Source: a virus (taxonomy: Duplodnaviria; Caudoviricetes). Taken from it: a stretch of 35,348 nt of DNA. Shown here piece by piece: positions 9,252-18,352 of the stretch; within the stretch, counting starts at the first letter, position 1, and each line of letters starts with the position of its first letter. The notes beneath the pieces are model-generated. The model did no database searches, was not told where the DNA came from, and worked only from the letters and a program-made list of their open reading frames with translations. Both the position numbers and the translations under genes were made by a program. The stretch is taken from positions 1 through 35,348 of IMG/VR virus record IMGVR_UViG_3300034073_003797. One strand, given 5' to 3'.

Positions 9252-9496
9252 AAAATTTTAATAACATATCTGATATAGATACGACCACAGATGAGGGTAA
9301 ACTTTTACTTTCAGCTGTGGCTATATTGACTAGTATAGACACTCCTGACGTAAGATACGGTAGTACAGAACATCCAGATAATGTTCTAAAAAGGATAGAA
9401 AATTTGGCTACACACATTTTTGAAAATAATGAACATGTAGGAATTGAAACCGGCATATATCAAAAAAATATTTTAAAACATAATTTTATTAAATGA
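9248..9496 (+). CDS. Hypothetical protein
   Basis: 82 aa, GTG start overlapping the upstream stop, ATGA overlap with sbcC. Confidence 0.6.
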   Translation: MKNFNNISDIDTTTDEGKLLLSAVAILTSIDTPDVRYGSTEHPDNVLKRIENLATHIFENNEHVGIETGIYQKNILKHNFIK

Positions 9497-11868
9497 CAAC
9501 TAAAACAAAAGAAAAAGTTTCAATACCCGCAAAGGCAACAGTAAGGGTGATTTGGGAAGGTGATCCTGTAGAATATACAAAAGACAGGGTTAAAAGAATT
9601 GAACAATATATCGCTGAAAAATATGCTGTTAGTAAAGTACAGGTAATCTTTAAACCTAAAAAACAAGATACTACTCACGGCCAAGTAGAAATGTCTATAG
9701 CAGATAACGTTATGGACAGTAACTACCAACGAAAGTTATTTAAAGAGTGGTTAGATGGTAATAAGATTGAAATTGATTGGGAAAGGTTAATACGTCTTGA
9801 CGATAAAGTTAATGACAAATTAAAACAAGTCCGTGATATTGAATATCGTTACCGTAATTGGTACATTAAAGAACTTGAGTGGGATAACTTTTTATCTTAC
9901 GGTGATGGTAATAAACTCTCATTCGACGGTTTAAGAGGTATAACAACTATTTCTTCAAATCCGGCAAATCAAGGTGGTAAAACAGCTTTATCTGTTGATT
10001 TATTATTGTTTTTATTCTTTAATGAAACTACTAGAACAAAAGTTGCTGCACAAGTTTTTAATAAATTTAGGGATGTTAATACAGTTAGGGTTAAAGGTAA
10101 GATTAATATTGATGGTGGTGATTACATTATTGAAAGAACTTTAACTCGTAGTAAAAAGAAAAATGAAGATGGTTATAATGTAAAAACCGATTTAAATTTT
10201 CAAAAAGTATTAGTTGATGGTTCTATACAGAATCTAGAGGGTGAACAACGTAGAGAAACAGACGAATTCATTAGAAAATCAATTGGAGATGTTGATGATT
10301 TTTTATTAACAATTATTGCAACCTCAGACAATCTTGAAGAATTAATACACACATTACCGACTCAAAAAGGTAGACTACTATCTAAATTTATTGGGTTAGA
10401 AGTTATTGAACAAAAAGAAGAAATTGTTAAGGAATTAAAATCTACTTGGGCTAAAAATCTTAAATCTGACCAATACAACTCTGGTGATTTAACCAAAGAA
10501 ATTAATGATTTAACGGTTAAGATTAAAGATTTAAATGATGACAACACTTTTTGTAACGGTAAATTGGATGAATTAAAAGTTGAAATATCTGATACAAGTG
10601 GTATTAAAGATACCCTACTATCCCAAAAAATTGTTATTGATACTGAAATCATTAGATTAAGACCTGAAGATATTGATAGGGAAATTGATGCAATAACTGA
10701 AAAGGGTAAAAAATCTAAAGAAAAGTATGACATCTTAAAAGACGAGTTTGATAAATTAACGGAAGTAGAATATGATGGTCAAACCCACAAAGAATGGAAG
10801 CAACAATTAAGTGATTTGAATATTGCTAAATCACATAAAAGTATTAAAAAAGATGCTGTACAAGACTTAATTAAAAACTTGGAAGAAGGTGAGTTTTGTT
10901 CTCTTTGTAAACAACCATTAAAAGATGTTGACCATTCTGAAGAAATTGCTAGTAACAAGTTGACGTTAGAGGAATTAGTTAAAAATATTAATGATTTAAA
11001 CCAAGAAATTGAAGAGGCTAAAGTTGAAATTGAAAAACTTGATAAGATTAAAGAAAGGGTTGATGAATACGATAGAAAATCTATCATGATAGATAAGATT
11101 GAACTTGAAATTGAAAACCTTAGACTTCAACTTAAAGAGAAAAAAGATTTAAAGAAAAAGTACGAGGACAATATTGGTAACATCGAAAAGAATAAAGATT
11201 TAGATTCTAAGATTTTAGGTTATAATGCCAAGTTAGATAGACTTAACAGAGAACGTGATGGTTATGTTTCTAGAATTCAAAGAAACAAATCTGATATTGA
11301 AAGAGCGGAAGACTCCATCACCAAAAATAAAGAGTTAATTAAAACCATTAAAGTTGAAGAGGAGGTTAAAATCATCTTTGAAATTTATACAAGAATGGTT
11401 GGTAAGAACGGAATCACCAAATTGATTATGAAGAATGTGATGCCTTTATTAAACTCTGAGTTAGAAAGGTTACTTTCAGATTCATCTAATTTTAAATTAA
11501 CTGTTGATATTAATGCTAAACAAGAAGTTGATTTTATGTTGGAAAAAGAGGATGAAAACGGTCAGACTATTAGTTATTTATTAACAGAAGGTTCAGGACT
11601 TGAAAAAACTTTAGGTTCTTTAGCATTAAGAGTTGTTTTATCAAGAATTAGTTCATTACCAAAACCAAATATTATTGTATTTGACGAAGTGTTGGGTAAG
11701 GTGGCGAATGAAAACTTAGAGTTAGTCGGTAACTTCTTTCAAAAGTGTTCGGAAATGTTTGATAACATCTTTTTAATTACACACAATCCGTTAGTAAAAG
11801 ATTGGTCTAACAATGTTATTATGATTGAGAAAGTAAATAACATCTCTTCTTTGACTATGTCAAAATAA
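9493..11868 (+). CDS. sbcC: SbcC/Rad50-like ATPase (gp46-like)
   Basis: NFLSYG, NQGGKT Walker A, long coiled coil with CSLC zinc hook, SGLE signature, IIVFDE Walker B, LITH H-loop. Confidence 0.92.
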   Translation: MTTKTKEKVSIPAKATVRVIWEGDPVEYTKDRVKRIEQYIAEKYAVSKVQVIFKPKKQDTTHGQVEMSIADNVMDSNYQRKLFKEWLDGNKIEIDWERLIRLDDKVNDKLKQVRDIEYRYRNWYIKELEWDNFLSYGDGNKLSFDGLRGITTISSNPANQGGKTALSVDLLLFLFFNETTRTKVAAQVFNKFRDVNTVRVKGKINIDGGDYIIERTLTRSKKKNEDGYNVKTDLNFQKVLVDGSIQNLEGEQRRETDEFIRKSIGDVDDFLLTIIATSDNLEELIHTLPTQKGRLLSKFIGLEVIEQKEEIVKELKSTWAKNLKSDQYNSGDLTKEINDLTVKIKDLNDDNTFCNGKLDELKVEISDTSGIKDTLLSQKIVIDTEIIRLRPEDIDREIDAITEKGKKSKEKYDILKDEFDKLTEVEYDGQTHKEWKQQLSDLNIAKSHKSIKKDAVQDLIKNLEEGEFCSLCKQPLKDVDHSEEIASNKLTLEELVKNINDLNQEIEEAKVEIEKLDKIKERVDEYDRKSIMIDKIELEIENLRLQLKEKKDLKKKYEDNIGNIEKNKDLDSKILGYNAKLDRLNRERDGYVSRIQRNKSDIERAEDSITKNKELIKTIKVEEEVKIIFEIYTRMVGKNGITKLIMKNVMPLLNSELERLLSDSSNFKLTVDINAKQEVDFMLEKEDENGQTISYLLTEGSGLEKTLGSLALRVVLSRISSLPKPNIIVFDEVLGKVANENLELVGNFFQKCSEMFDNIFLITHNPLVKDWSNNVIMIEKVNNISSLTMSK

Positions 11869-11880
11869 TGATTACATTTG
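11850..11880 (+). promoter_or_regulatory. Bacteroidota-type sigma-A promoter
   Basis: TTTG-N19-TACATTTG, followed by GATATTTAT at 11886. Confidence 0.6.
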
Positions 11881-11910
11881 TTAGAGATATTTATAATAAA
11901 AACAACAACT

Positions 11911-12378
11911 ATGAACAAAAGATTTATGATTATTATACTTGGTACCGCGAACGGTATTGAGAAAGATTTAAATTTTATCGCCGATGGTGATACTGGTGTT
12001 AACTATGTTGATGGTAAAGGTATGTTTATTTGTACTTTTTATAGTCCTTATACAGCAGCCGAAATTCACGAAAAAATGGCTCATAGACCAGCTATCATGA
12101 TTTTTGATATCACAGATGTTGACAGCTACGGAGTGAACCTACCCCCAAAATATTATATGGGTATTTTCCCTGAAGTTCAAAAAACAATGGATTCTATTTT
12201 AGAAGAAAAATGGGGGTTAACAAAAACTTCTGTAAAAACTAAAATAAAAGAAGAAGAGATTGTACCTAAAATTGAAGAATACGACTCTATAGATGAGATT
12301 TTAGATAAATTATCTCGTTATAATTATGATAGAAATTGTTTAACAGAAAAAGAAATACAAATTTTAAATAAAAATTGA
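11911..12378 (+). CDS. Hypothetical protein (start refined to ATG 11911)
   Basis: MNKRFMIIILG...; C-terminal IDEILDKL....LT.KE...L motif resembling DUF6576-type tails. Confidence 0.7.
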   Translation: MNKRFMIIILGTANGIEKDLNFIADGDTGVNYVDGKGMFICTFYSPYTAAEIHEKMAHRPAIMIFDITDVDSYGVNLPPKYYMGIFPEVQKTMDSILEEKWGLTKTSVKTKIKEEEIVPKIEEYDSIDEILDKLSRYNYDRNCLTEKEIQILNKN

Positions 12379-12379
12379 T

Positions 12380-12547
12380 ATGATTTTCCTATTGTTTATT
12401 TTATGGGCAATATACCTAACATTAGGTATTGGTTGGTTATATTACATTATAAAAAAAAATAACATACAGGAATATAATATGTTAGGATCAATGTTTGTCG
12501 TTGTAACATGGCCTATACATTTGTTTTACACTAAATTTAAAAAATGA
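12380..12547 (+). CDS. Small 2-TM membrane protein (55 aa)
   Basis: MIFLLFILWAIYLTLGIGWLYYII...FVVVTWPIHLFYTKFKK*; ATGA overlap with next gene; not in the ORF track. Confidence 0.6.
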   Translation: MIFLLFILWAIYLTLGIGWLYYIIKKNNIQEYNMLGSMFVVVTWPIHLFYTKFKK

Positions 12548-13038
12548 AATTGGATTTAAAAAATTTTTTTAAAAACCCTTTTAAAAGGGAAAAAAAACTA
12601 GAAATAACAGAAGAATCAAAAGAGGCTTTTGCTAAAATAATTTTAGACAAAAAAAAAGGTAAAAAACCCAAAAAGTATGAACCAAAAGAAAATTGTGAAA
12701 TACAGGGTTACAACTTTAAAATAGGTGATAAAGTAATTTGTAGATCAAATGAACCATACCCTTTAATAATTGGTAAAATTATTGAATTTTGGGATAATGA
12801 AGGTAAATGGACAACACCAGTTCCAGTGGTAAGAAATAGTCGTAATGGTAAAAAATTTAATGTTCATGGTATAGTTAGACCCTACACACATGAATTGATG
12901 GATACTTTACGTCCTCTAAAACCTTTAGAACAGTGGAATTATTTTGTCCCTGAAGATGTTCGTTATACAGAAGAAGAGATGAAACGTAAAGAAGAGTCTT
13001 TTGAAAAAAGAGAAAAATCTTTGCCAAAGAAAAAATAA
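12544..13038 (+). CDS. Hypothetical protein with SH3/KOW-like segment
   Basis: FKIGDKVICR...IGKIIE. Confidence 0.7.
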   Translation: MKLDLKNFFKNPFKREKKLEITEESKEAFAKIILDKKKGKKPKKYEPKENCEIQGYNFKIGDKVICRSNEPYPLIIGKIIEFWDNEGKWTTPVPVVRNSRNGKKFNVHGIVRPYTHELMDTLRPLKPLEQWNYFVPEDVRYTEEEMKRKEESFEKREKSLPKKK

Positions 13039-13050
13039 GTGTTACATTTG
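13020..13050 (+). promoter_or_regulatory. Bacteroidota-type sigma-A promoter
   Basis: TTTG-N19-TACATTTG directly upstream of the ligase-like gene. Confidence 0.65.
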
Positions 13051-13055
13051 TGTCG

Positions 13056-13688
13056 ATGATTCCTTATAACAAGTATCGATACATATACCCACCCCGTCCC
13101 GAAATTAACTTACCATCTTCCGAGTTAACCAAATATGATACAGGGCAATGGGTGGGACAACCAAAATTAAATGGTTCCAATATTACAATCTTCACAAATG
13201 GAACTGAAATCCATATTTATAATCGTCACAGTAACCCTTTAATGAATGTTAAGATGGGTAACAAAGAACTTTTATCCTTACATAGGGGTAAAGGTTGGTT
13301 TGTTCTTAACGGTGAGTACATGAACAAGGCAAAAATTAATTCAAAAAATGAGGCCTTTAACCATAAATTAGTTATCTTTGATGTGTTGGTTTACAACGGT
13401 ATTCAGACAGTAGGAATGTCTTTTGATGAAAGAATAAAGTTGTTAAACATTCTTTTTGAATCAACAGAATATGATGGTTACATAAATAAAATTACCGATG
13501 ACGTTTACATTGTTAAATCTTTTTATGAAAATTTTAACACAATATATCAAAAAATAATACAAATCGATATGTATGAGGGATGGGTTCTTAAAAAAAGAAG
13601 TGCCAGACTTAAAAATGGTTTGTCAGAAAAAAATAATACGGATTCACAAATGAAGTTCCGTAAGCCTACAAAGAACTATAGTTATTAA
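13056..13688 (+). CDS. ATP-dependent ligase-like nucleotidyltransferase (adenylation domain only)
   Basis: Motif I QPKLNG, III LNGEY, IIIa IFDVL, IV EGWVLK, V MKFRK; no OB domain. Confidence 0.75.
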   Translation: MIPYNKYRYIYPPRPEINLPSSELTKYDTGQWVGQPKLNGSNITIFTNGTEIHIYNRHSNPLMNVKMGNKELLSLHRGKGWFVLNGEYMNKAKINSKNEAFNHKLVIFDVLVYNGIQTVGMSFDERIKLLNILFESTEYDGYINKITDDVYIVKSFYENFNTIYQKIIQIDMYEGWVLKKRSARLKNGLSEKNNTDSQMKFRKPTKNYSY

Positions 13689-14050
13689 TGTTATATAATG
13701 AGTATGAAAAAATATTAACAAAAGGTAAAAGAGTAAATTGGTACGACACCCAAGTACCTGAGAAACTAATAACTGATATTGTAAAAGCGATGGCAAATCA
13801 GATAGTAGATCAAATAAACAAATACGAGGGCGTTGATTCCAACTCAAAAAAAGATTATATTTGTAATCTTTGGGAAAATGTAAAAAATTTACCTTACACT
13901 ATGAACGGTGATTTTTATTTAATAAAGAAAAAAGAAATTGAAAGTAAACAAAAAAAACCTAAAATTAATAAAAATGTAAAAGAACCAAAAGAAGAAATAA
14001 AAAAAGTGACAAAAAATAGTGGTTTAATTTTCGGAAACAAAACAAAATAA
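13688..14050 (+). CDS. Hypothetical protein with Lys-rich tail
   Basis: 120 aa ORF, TAATG-coupled. Confidence 0.65.
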   Translation: MLYNEYEKILTKGKRVNWYDTQVPEKLITDIVKAMANQIVDQINKYEGVDSNSKKDYICNLWENVKNLPYTMNGDFYLIKKKEIESKQKKPKINKNVKEPKEEIKKVTKNSGLIFGNKTK

Positions 14051-14059
14051 AAGTTATAT

Positions 14060-14884
14060 ATGAGCACAGTAAACACAAAAAGATTTATCGACACTTCAGA
14101 AGAAAGCATTTCAATGTACCTTAAAGACGTTAGAAAGCTGGATATGATTACGGCTGAAGAAGAAATTGTCTTAGCTAAAAAAGTTAAAGAAGGTGACGTT
14201 AAAGCTACTGAAAAACTAATAAAATCAAATCTAAGGTTTGTTATTTCTGTGGCAAAAGAATACCAAAACCAAGGGATTCCTTTAGCAGATTTGATAGCAG
14301 AAGGTAATTTGGGTTTGATAAAAGCTGCTCAAAAATTTGATCCTGAACGTGGTTTTAGATTTATATCTTATGCAGTTTGGTGGATTAAACAATCCATAAT
14401 ACAGTCATTAAATGACCACGCCAGAACAGTACGTTTACCAGTTAATGTAACAAACCATATGACAAAACTGAAAAAAGATATTTCAGCTTTTGAACAAAAA
14501 CACGGACGTAAACCGACAGAGGCCGATATGGACATGACCGGATTAAACCAACCATTTTGTACGTCTTTAAATGAAACTATAAATGAAGACGGTGATGAGA
14601 TTATTGACGTTATTGAAGATAATTCATTTGTTAAACCTGATGAGTCCATGGAAAGACCTAACGAAATGTTAAAAAATGAATTAGAAAAAACTCTTTCAGT
14701 CCTATCACCAAGAGAAAGACAAATAATAGAACTTTATTTTGGTTTGGGTGGAACACCATTAACTCTTGAAGAAATTGGTGAGGACTATGGTTTGACCAAA
14801 GAACGAATCCGTCAAATTAAAGAAAAAGCCCTTCGTAAGTTGAGAAATAAAAGTCAGAATTTATTTGAATTTGTTTATAAATAA
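14060..14884 (+). CDS. RNA polymerase sigma-70 factor (RpoD/RpoS-like, no region 1.1)
   Basis: YLKDV region 1.2, SNLRFVISVAK, DLIAEGNLGL, FISYAVWWIKQ, TLEEIG...TKERIRQIKEKALRKL. Confidence 0.95.
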   Translation: MSTVNTKRFIDTSEESISMYLKDVRKLDMITAEEEIVLAKKVKEGDVKATEKLIKSNLRFVISVAKEYQNQGIPLADLIAEGNLGLIKAAQKFDPERGFRFISYAVWWIKQSIIQSLNDHARTVRLPVNVTNHMTKLKKDISAFEQKHGRKPTEADMDMTGLNQPFCTSLNETINEDGDEIIDVIEDNSFVKPDESMERPNEMLKNELEKTLSVLSPRERQIIELYFGLGGTPLTLEEIGEDYGLTKERIRQIKEKALRKLRNKSQNLFEFVYK

Positions 14885-14886
14885 AG

Positions 14887-14914
14887 AAAAACCCCTTTAC
14901 AGAAGGGGTTTTTT
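14887..14914. terminator. Bidirectional intrinsic terminator
   Basis: AAAAACCCCTT-tacag-AAGGGGTTTTTT between convergent genes. Confidence 0.85.
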
Positions 14915-15484
14915 ATAAAATCTTTTTTTAAATTTTTGAATGAACTTATCTACAAAACTTAAAAAATAGGCCTTTAAAATTAGATTTATTAAATTTTTAT
15001 TTTCCATTCTAATAACTAAAACATATCTAATACCTTCGGTTATTGGAAATGCCTCATGATATGACATAATTGTGTCAGCTTTAAATAATAAACCACAACC
15101 TACCTCTTTAGGGTTTAACACTTCACCACTTAAGGGAAAATAAGTTCCACCACCTTTATAATCTTCATTTAATTTAACCACACAACTGTAAGAGTTACAA
15201 TCGTGATGTGCTGACATGTAATTTTTTGTATCTAAAGAATATCTTACACCGAAAACCATCCCAGTTTTTCCACCTGTTATAGGTTTTATAACAGTATTAA
15301 TTTTTTCCTGTATTAAATCAGCGATGGGTTTTGACAAATTTTTTATGTTTATTTCATAGGAACTTATCCTCTCAACACCGTGGTTGGTGGAAATTTTTAT
15401 AAACTCTCTATTTTTTTCAAAGTCTTTTACTATTGACTCACACTCCTTTTCATCAAAAATTTTTACTATTTTTACAGGTACCAT
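14897..15484 (-). CDS. 2OG-Fe(II) dioxygenase, PLOD/lysyl-hydroxylase-like
   Basis: RY...AHHD, LNEDYKGGGTYF, YHEAFPITEGIRYVLV (HxD...H...R). Confidence 0.85.
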   Translation of the reverse strand: MVPVKIVKIFDEKECESIVKDFEKNREFIKISTNHGVERISSYEINIKNLSKPIADLIQEKINTVIKPITGGKTGMVFGVRYSLDTKNYMSAHHDCNSYSCVVKLNEDYKGGGTYFPLSGEVLNPKEVGCGLLFKADTIMSYHEAFPITEGIRYVLVIRMENKNLINLILKAYFLSFVDKFIQKFKKRFYKKPLL

Positions 15485-15804
15485 TTTTTTCTTTTAAAAT
15501 TAAATTTAATCAAATCTTTTAATAGGTTTTTTAAAAATATTTTTTTATAGTTATATTTTAATCTAATAACCTCTACTTTAAAATCTTCTCCATACATCTC
15601 CTTCAACAAAACTACTCTATGATGCCCGTTAATACAGTAACTATCTTTACTAATTGTGATGTAACCAAATTTAGAAGGACACCACCCATTTTCTGTAATA
15701 CTTTTTTTTAACACACCCCAATCGTATTTAGGGTCAGAATTAGTACCTCTACCGTAAGATTCTAAAAAACTAAATTTTATTAATTTTAATTTAATTAAAT
15801 CCAC
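15472..15804 (-). CDS. ParB/Sulfiredoxin-like N-terminal domain protein
   Basis: LKKSITENGW...ITI....CINGHHRV. Confidence 0.65.
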   Translation of the reverse strand: MDLIKLKLIKFSFLESYGRGTNSDPKYDWGVLKKSITENGWCPSKFGYITISKDSYCINGHHRVVLLKEMYGEDFKVEVIRLKYNYKKIFLKNLLKDLIKFNFKRKKWYL

Positions 15805-16685
15805 CTTAAATTAATTTTATCGATTGTATTAACTGACCAATTAATATCCACTGTTTTATTAAAAGTTTCGGTTAACTTGTCTCTTTGTTCTTCTTCACTC
15901 ATATCTTTACCCTTACCACGATTTATTGACATATTTTCGTTGTAGTAATAGTAGTATAAATCTTTATTTATCACACACTCTGTTTTTATCAAACCCATTT
16001 TATAAATTTTTGTAGCCCACTCCAAATCCTGTTCTCTTGGTCTATCACTAAATTTTACAGATTCGAATATTTCTTTTTTTATAGGGGTTGTGTGACAAGT
16101 ATGTCTTAAATTCAATGTTATCTTCTTTTTTAAAAATTTTATTATAAATAAAAAAAATAACATTTTTATAGAATTATTTTTTAATTTTAAAATAGTTTTT
16201 TCCTTATCTTCAAAAGTTTTAATAAATTGATGCACGTTTAAACGAAACTCCCAATCCTGATTTCTATCATCGTAGTATTTCTGAACATAACATTTTAAAA
16301 AATTAAAAAACACTAAAGATTCACCTTCATACTTATTAGAAACTTTAATTCTAATAAAATTATCTTTATTATTGTGATAATATCTGTGATTGTGTGATAT
16401 TTGGTCAACATTTGGGTTTTCGTCTATGGCTTTTATAATAGAAGAACAATAATCTTCAGATACCATATCGTCATCACCAATTAAAACACAATACCGACCT
16501 TTGGCGGACTCAACCAATTTATTAAATTTGTAACCAACTACAGATTCAAAATTGTCCTGATAAATAACAACCTCTATCCTGTTTTGTAATTCATTTTTAA
16601 CAATTTGATCTTGTAAATTAGTTAATAACCTGTTAAGGTATTTTTTTCTTGGTGGTACTGTAGCGATTAAAATTGATAAATCCAT
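15795..16685 (-). CDS. Glycosyltransferase family 2 (GT-A)
   Basis: LSILIAT, AKGRYCVLIGDDD DxD motif, EQDLEW. Confidence 0.85.
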   Translation of the reverse strand: MDLSILIATVPPRKKYLNRLLTNLQDQIVKNELQNRIEVVIYQDNFESVVGYKFNKLVESAKGRYCVLIGDDDMVSEDYCSSIIKAIDENPNVDQISHNHRYYHNNKDNFIRIKVSNKYEGESLVFFNFLKCYVQKYYDDRNQDWEFRLNVHQFIKTFEDKEKTILKLKNNSIKMLFFLFIIKFLKKKITLNLRHTCHTTPIKKEIFESVKFSDRPREQDLEWATKIYKMGLIKTECVINKDLYYYYYNENMSINRGKGKDMSEEEQRDKLTETFNKTVDINWSVNTIDKINLRWI

Positions 16686-16714
16686 ATTGAAATATATAGA
16701 TTTTATTTAAGATA

Positions 16715-16726
16715 ATAAATATTTAT
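16715..16726. promoter_or_regulatory. Palindromic ATAAATATTTAT: phage ATATTTAT promoter-like motif on both strands
   Basis: Lies between divergent starts at 16685 (-) and 16732 (+); the same motif recurs before about 12 gene starts. Confidence 0.55.
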
Positions 16727-16731
16727 ATTAT

Positions 16732-17130
16732 ATGATAAAGAAAATAATAAAAGAACACTTATTATTAGAAAAAAAAATAGCTGATATTAGAGCTAATCTA
16801 ATAATTAGTTATGATTTAAGACATGATGAAAGAAGTTCTCACAGTGAAAAAAGAAAATGGAGACACGTATCAACTGGGGGTGATAGAATTTATGACTTAT
16901 ATATACAAAATCTTGTTGAAGCGGCCAAAGATGAAATAACTTTCAGAATAGTCCAAGAAGAGATACAAGACGGAGTTCGTTTTATAGTTTCACAAAAAAG
17001 TGATCCACATTTAAATGTTATTATTGAACCTAAAATGAAAAACCCTTATATATGGACTTTATATGTTATAAGTGTTATGAATAAAAAAGATTTTGCTATT
17101 GGTAGAGACCAATTACAAATATTTGCATAA
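16732..17130 (+). CDS. Hypothetical protein, possibly virion-packaged
   Basis: MIKKIIKEHLLLE N-terminus; preceded by ATATTTAT. Confidence 0.75.
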   Translation: MIKKIIKEHLLLEKKIADIRANLIISYDLRHDERSSHSEKRKWRHVSTGGDRIYDLYIQNLVEAAKDEITFRIVQEEIQDGVRFIVSQKSDPHLNVIIEPKMKNPYIWTLYVISVMNKKDFAIGRDQLQIFA

Positions 17131-17131
17131 G

Positions 17132-17168
17132 TAAAAACCCCACTAGTATTCTGACCGTGGGGTTTTTA
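17132..17168. terminator. Bidirectional intrinsic terminator
   Basis: TAAAAACCCCAC ... GTGGGGTTTTTA 12-bp inverted repeat. Confidence 0.8.
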
Positions 17169-17278
17169 TTTTTCATCACTAATATCCGTTAGTGATTGAG
17201 GATTTTCACCTTGACGTTTCGTGTCATACCGTCGGTTAAGCTTAAGGGGTTAACCAATTCAACCCTGTTTCATTAACA
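17132..17278 (-). ncRNA. Candidate structured small RNA (about 145 nt)
   Basis: Bounded by a minus-strand promoter and a terminator; several hairpins; GC-richer than flanks; no credible ORF. Confidence 0.55.
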
Positions 17279-17281
17279 ATA

Positions 17282-17312
17282 CAAATATAGTAATGTTTTG
17301 TTTATTGGCAAA
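17282..17312 (-). promoter_or_regulatory. Bacteroidota-type sigma-A promoter
   Basis: Minus strand TTTG-N19-TATATTTG pointing into the non-coding 17132-17278 segment. Confidence 0.7.
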
Positions 17313-17396
17313 ATCGTATTTAAATAAATATTTAGATTGCTTTATATTAACTTATAATTATAATAAAATAACAAGATATTTATAAATAAAAATAAA

Positions 17397-17711
17397 ATGA
17401 AAAAAATTATAGATTTTGTAGACAAATGGGCAATTAGAATCACGTTCCCACTTTTTTTAATTGTTTTTTTAAAAACTTGTTCCACTAATGGTAAAATTGA
17501 AAAATTAGAAAAAAACTTGACAGAACAAAATAGAAAATTAGATTCTGTAATAAAATCCGAAACTATTTCAAAAGAAGAATTCAATAAAATGTTAAAAATT
17601 GAAGGATTAAAAGTTGAAAAAAGAATGATACAATCAACAGACAGGAAAATTTTCGATGTCAACCGTCAATCGGAAATAGATAAAGAGATTCAAAATTTAG
17701 AAAATAAATAA
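17397..17711 (+). CDS. Single-TM / possible lipoprotein coiled-coil protein (lysis cluster)
   Basis: Hydrophobic ITFPLFLIVFLKTC, then coiled coil. Confidence 0.65.
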   Translation: MKKIIDFVDKWAIRITFPLFLIVFLKTCSTNGKIEKLEKNLTEQNRKLDSVIKSETISKEEFNKMLKIEGLKVEKRMIQSTDRKIFDVNRQSEIDKEIQNLENK

Positions 17712-18352
17712 TGGTAAATTGGTTTAAAACAAATAAAAAAGGTATAATTAGAGGTTCATTCCTTGTACCAATTATATTGGTTATGATTATATCTATATCC
17801 CACGTTGTTAGTTGGTACGATTTATCAAACCCATTTAGTTGGGCAATATACTTATCAGTAGCTATTGAAATTGCCGCGATGAGTTCTATTGCTGCAGCAT
17901 CTGTTAAAGTTAAAGGTGGTGTTTGGTTGGTTTTTATTATTGTTACCTTGATACAATTTATAGGTAATATTTTTTTCTGTTTTAACGACATTGATGTGGC
18001 TAGTAAAGAATTTAAAAGTTGGGTTGAATTAACGGGTCCAGTTTTTGAGTCTTTAGGTTCAGACATTACTGATATAGTCGCACAAAAAAGATGGTTAGCT
18101 TTATTAGAAGGTGGTTTATTACCTATAATTTCTTTAGCTTCCCTACATTTTTTTATAAAATACGGTGGTATGGACGATGAAAAACGGGTAATAGAAAAAG
18201 TTTTACCAAAAACTGAAGAAATAAAAACCGAAGCCGAAGAAATAAAAACCGAAAAAATAGAACAGAATGTAATAACCACCCCAAGTATAAAACAAAACCC
18301 TTTGTCCATAAACATGACAAAAAAAAATCAAGGATTAGATAAATGGTCTTAA
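17711..18352 (+). CDS. Multi-pass membrane protein (holin-like candidate)
   Basis: About 4 hydrophobic helices and a charged C-terminal tail; immediately upstream of the amidase. Confidence 0.6.
   Translation: MVNWFKTNKKGIIRGSFLVPIILVMIISISHVVSWYDLSNPFSWAIYLSVAIEIAAMSSIAAASVKVKGGVWLVFIIVTLIQFIGNIFFCFNDIDVASKEFKSWVELTGPVFESLGSDITDIVAQKRWLALLEGGLLPIISLASLHFFIKYGGMDDEKRVIEKVLPKTEEIKTEAEEIKTEKIEQNVITTPSIKQNPLSINMTKKNQGLDKWS

Noticed and set aside
18215-18253. Duplicated GAAGAAATAAAAACCGAA
   Set aside because: Short in-frame duplication (EEIKTE) in a disordered tail
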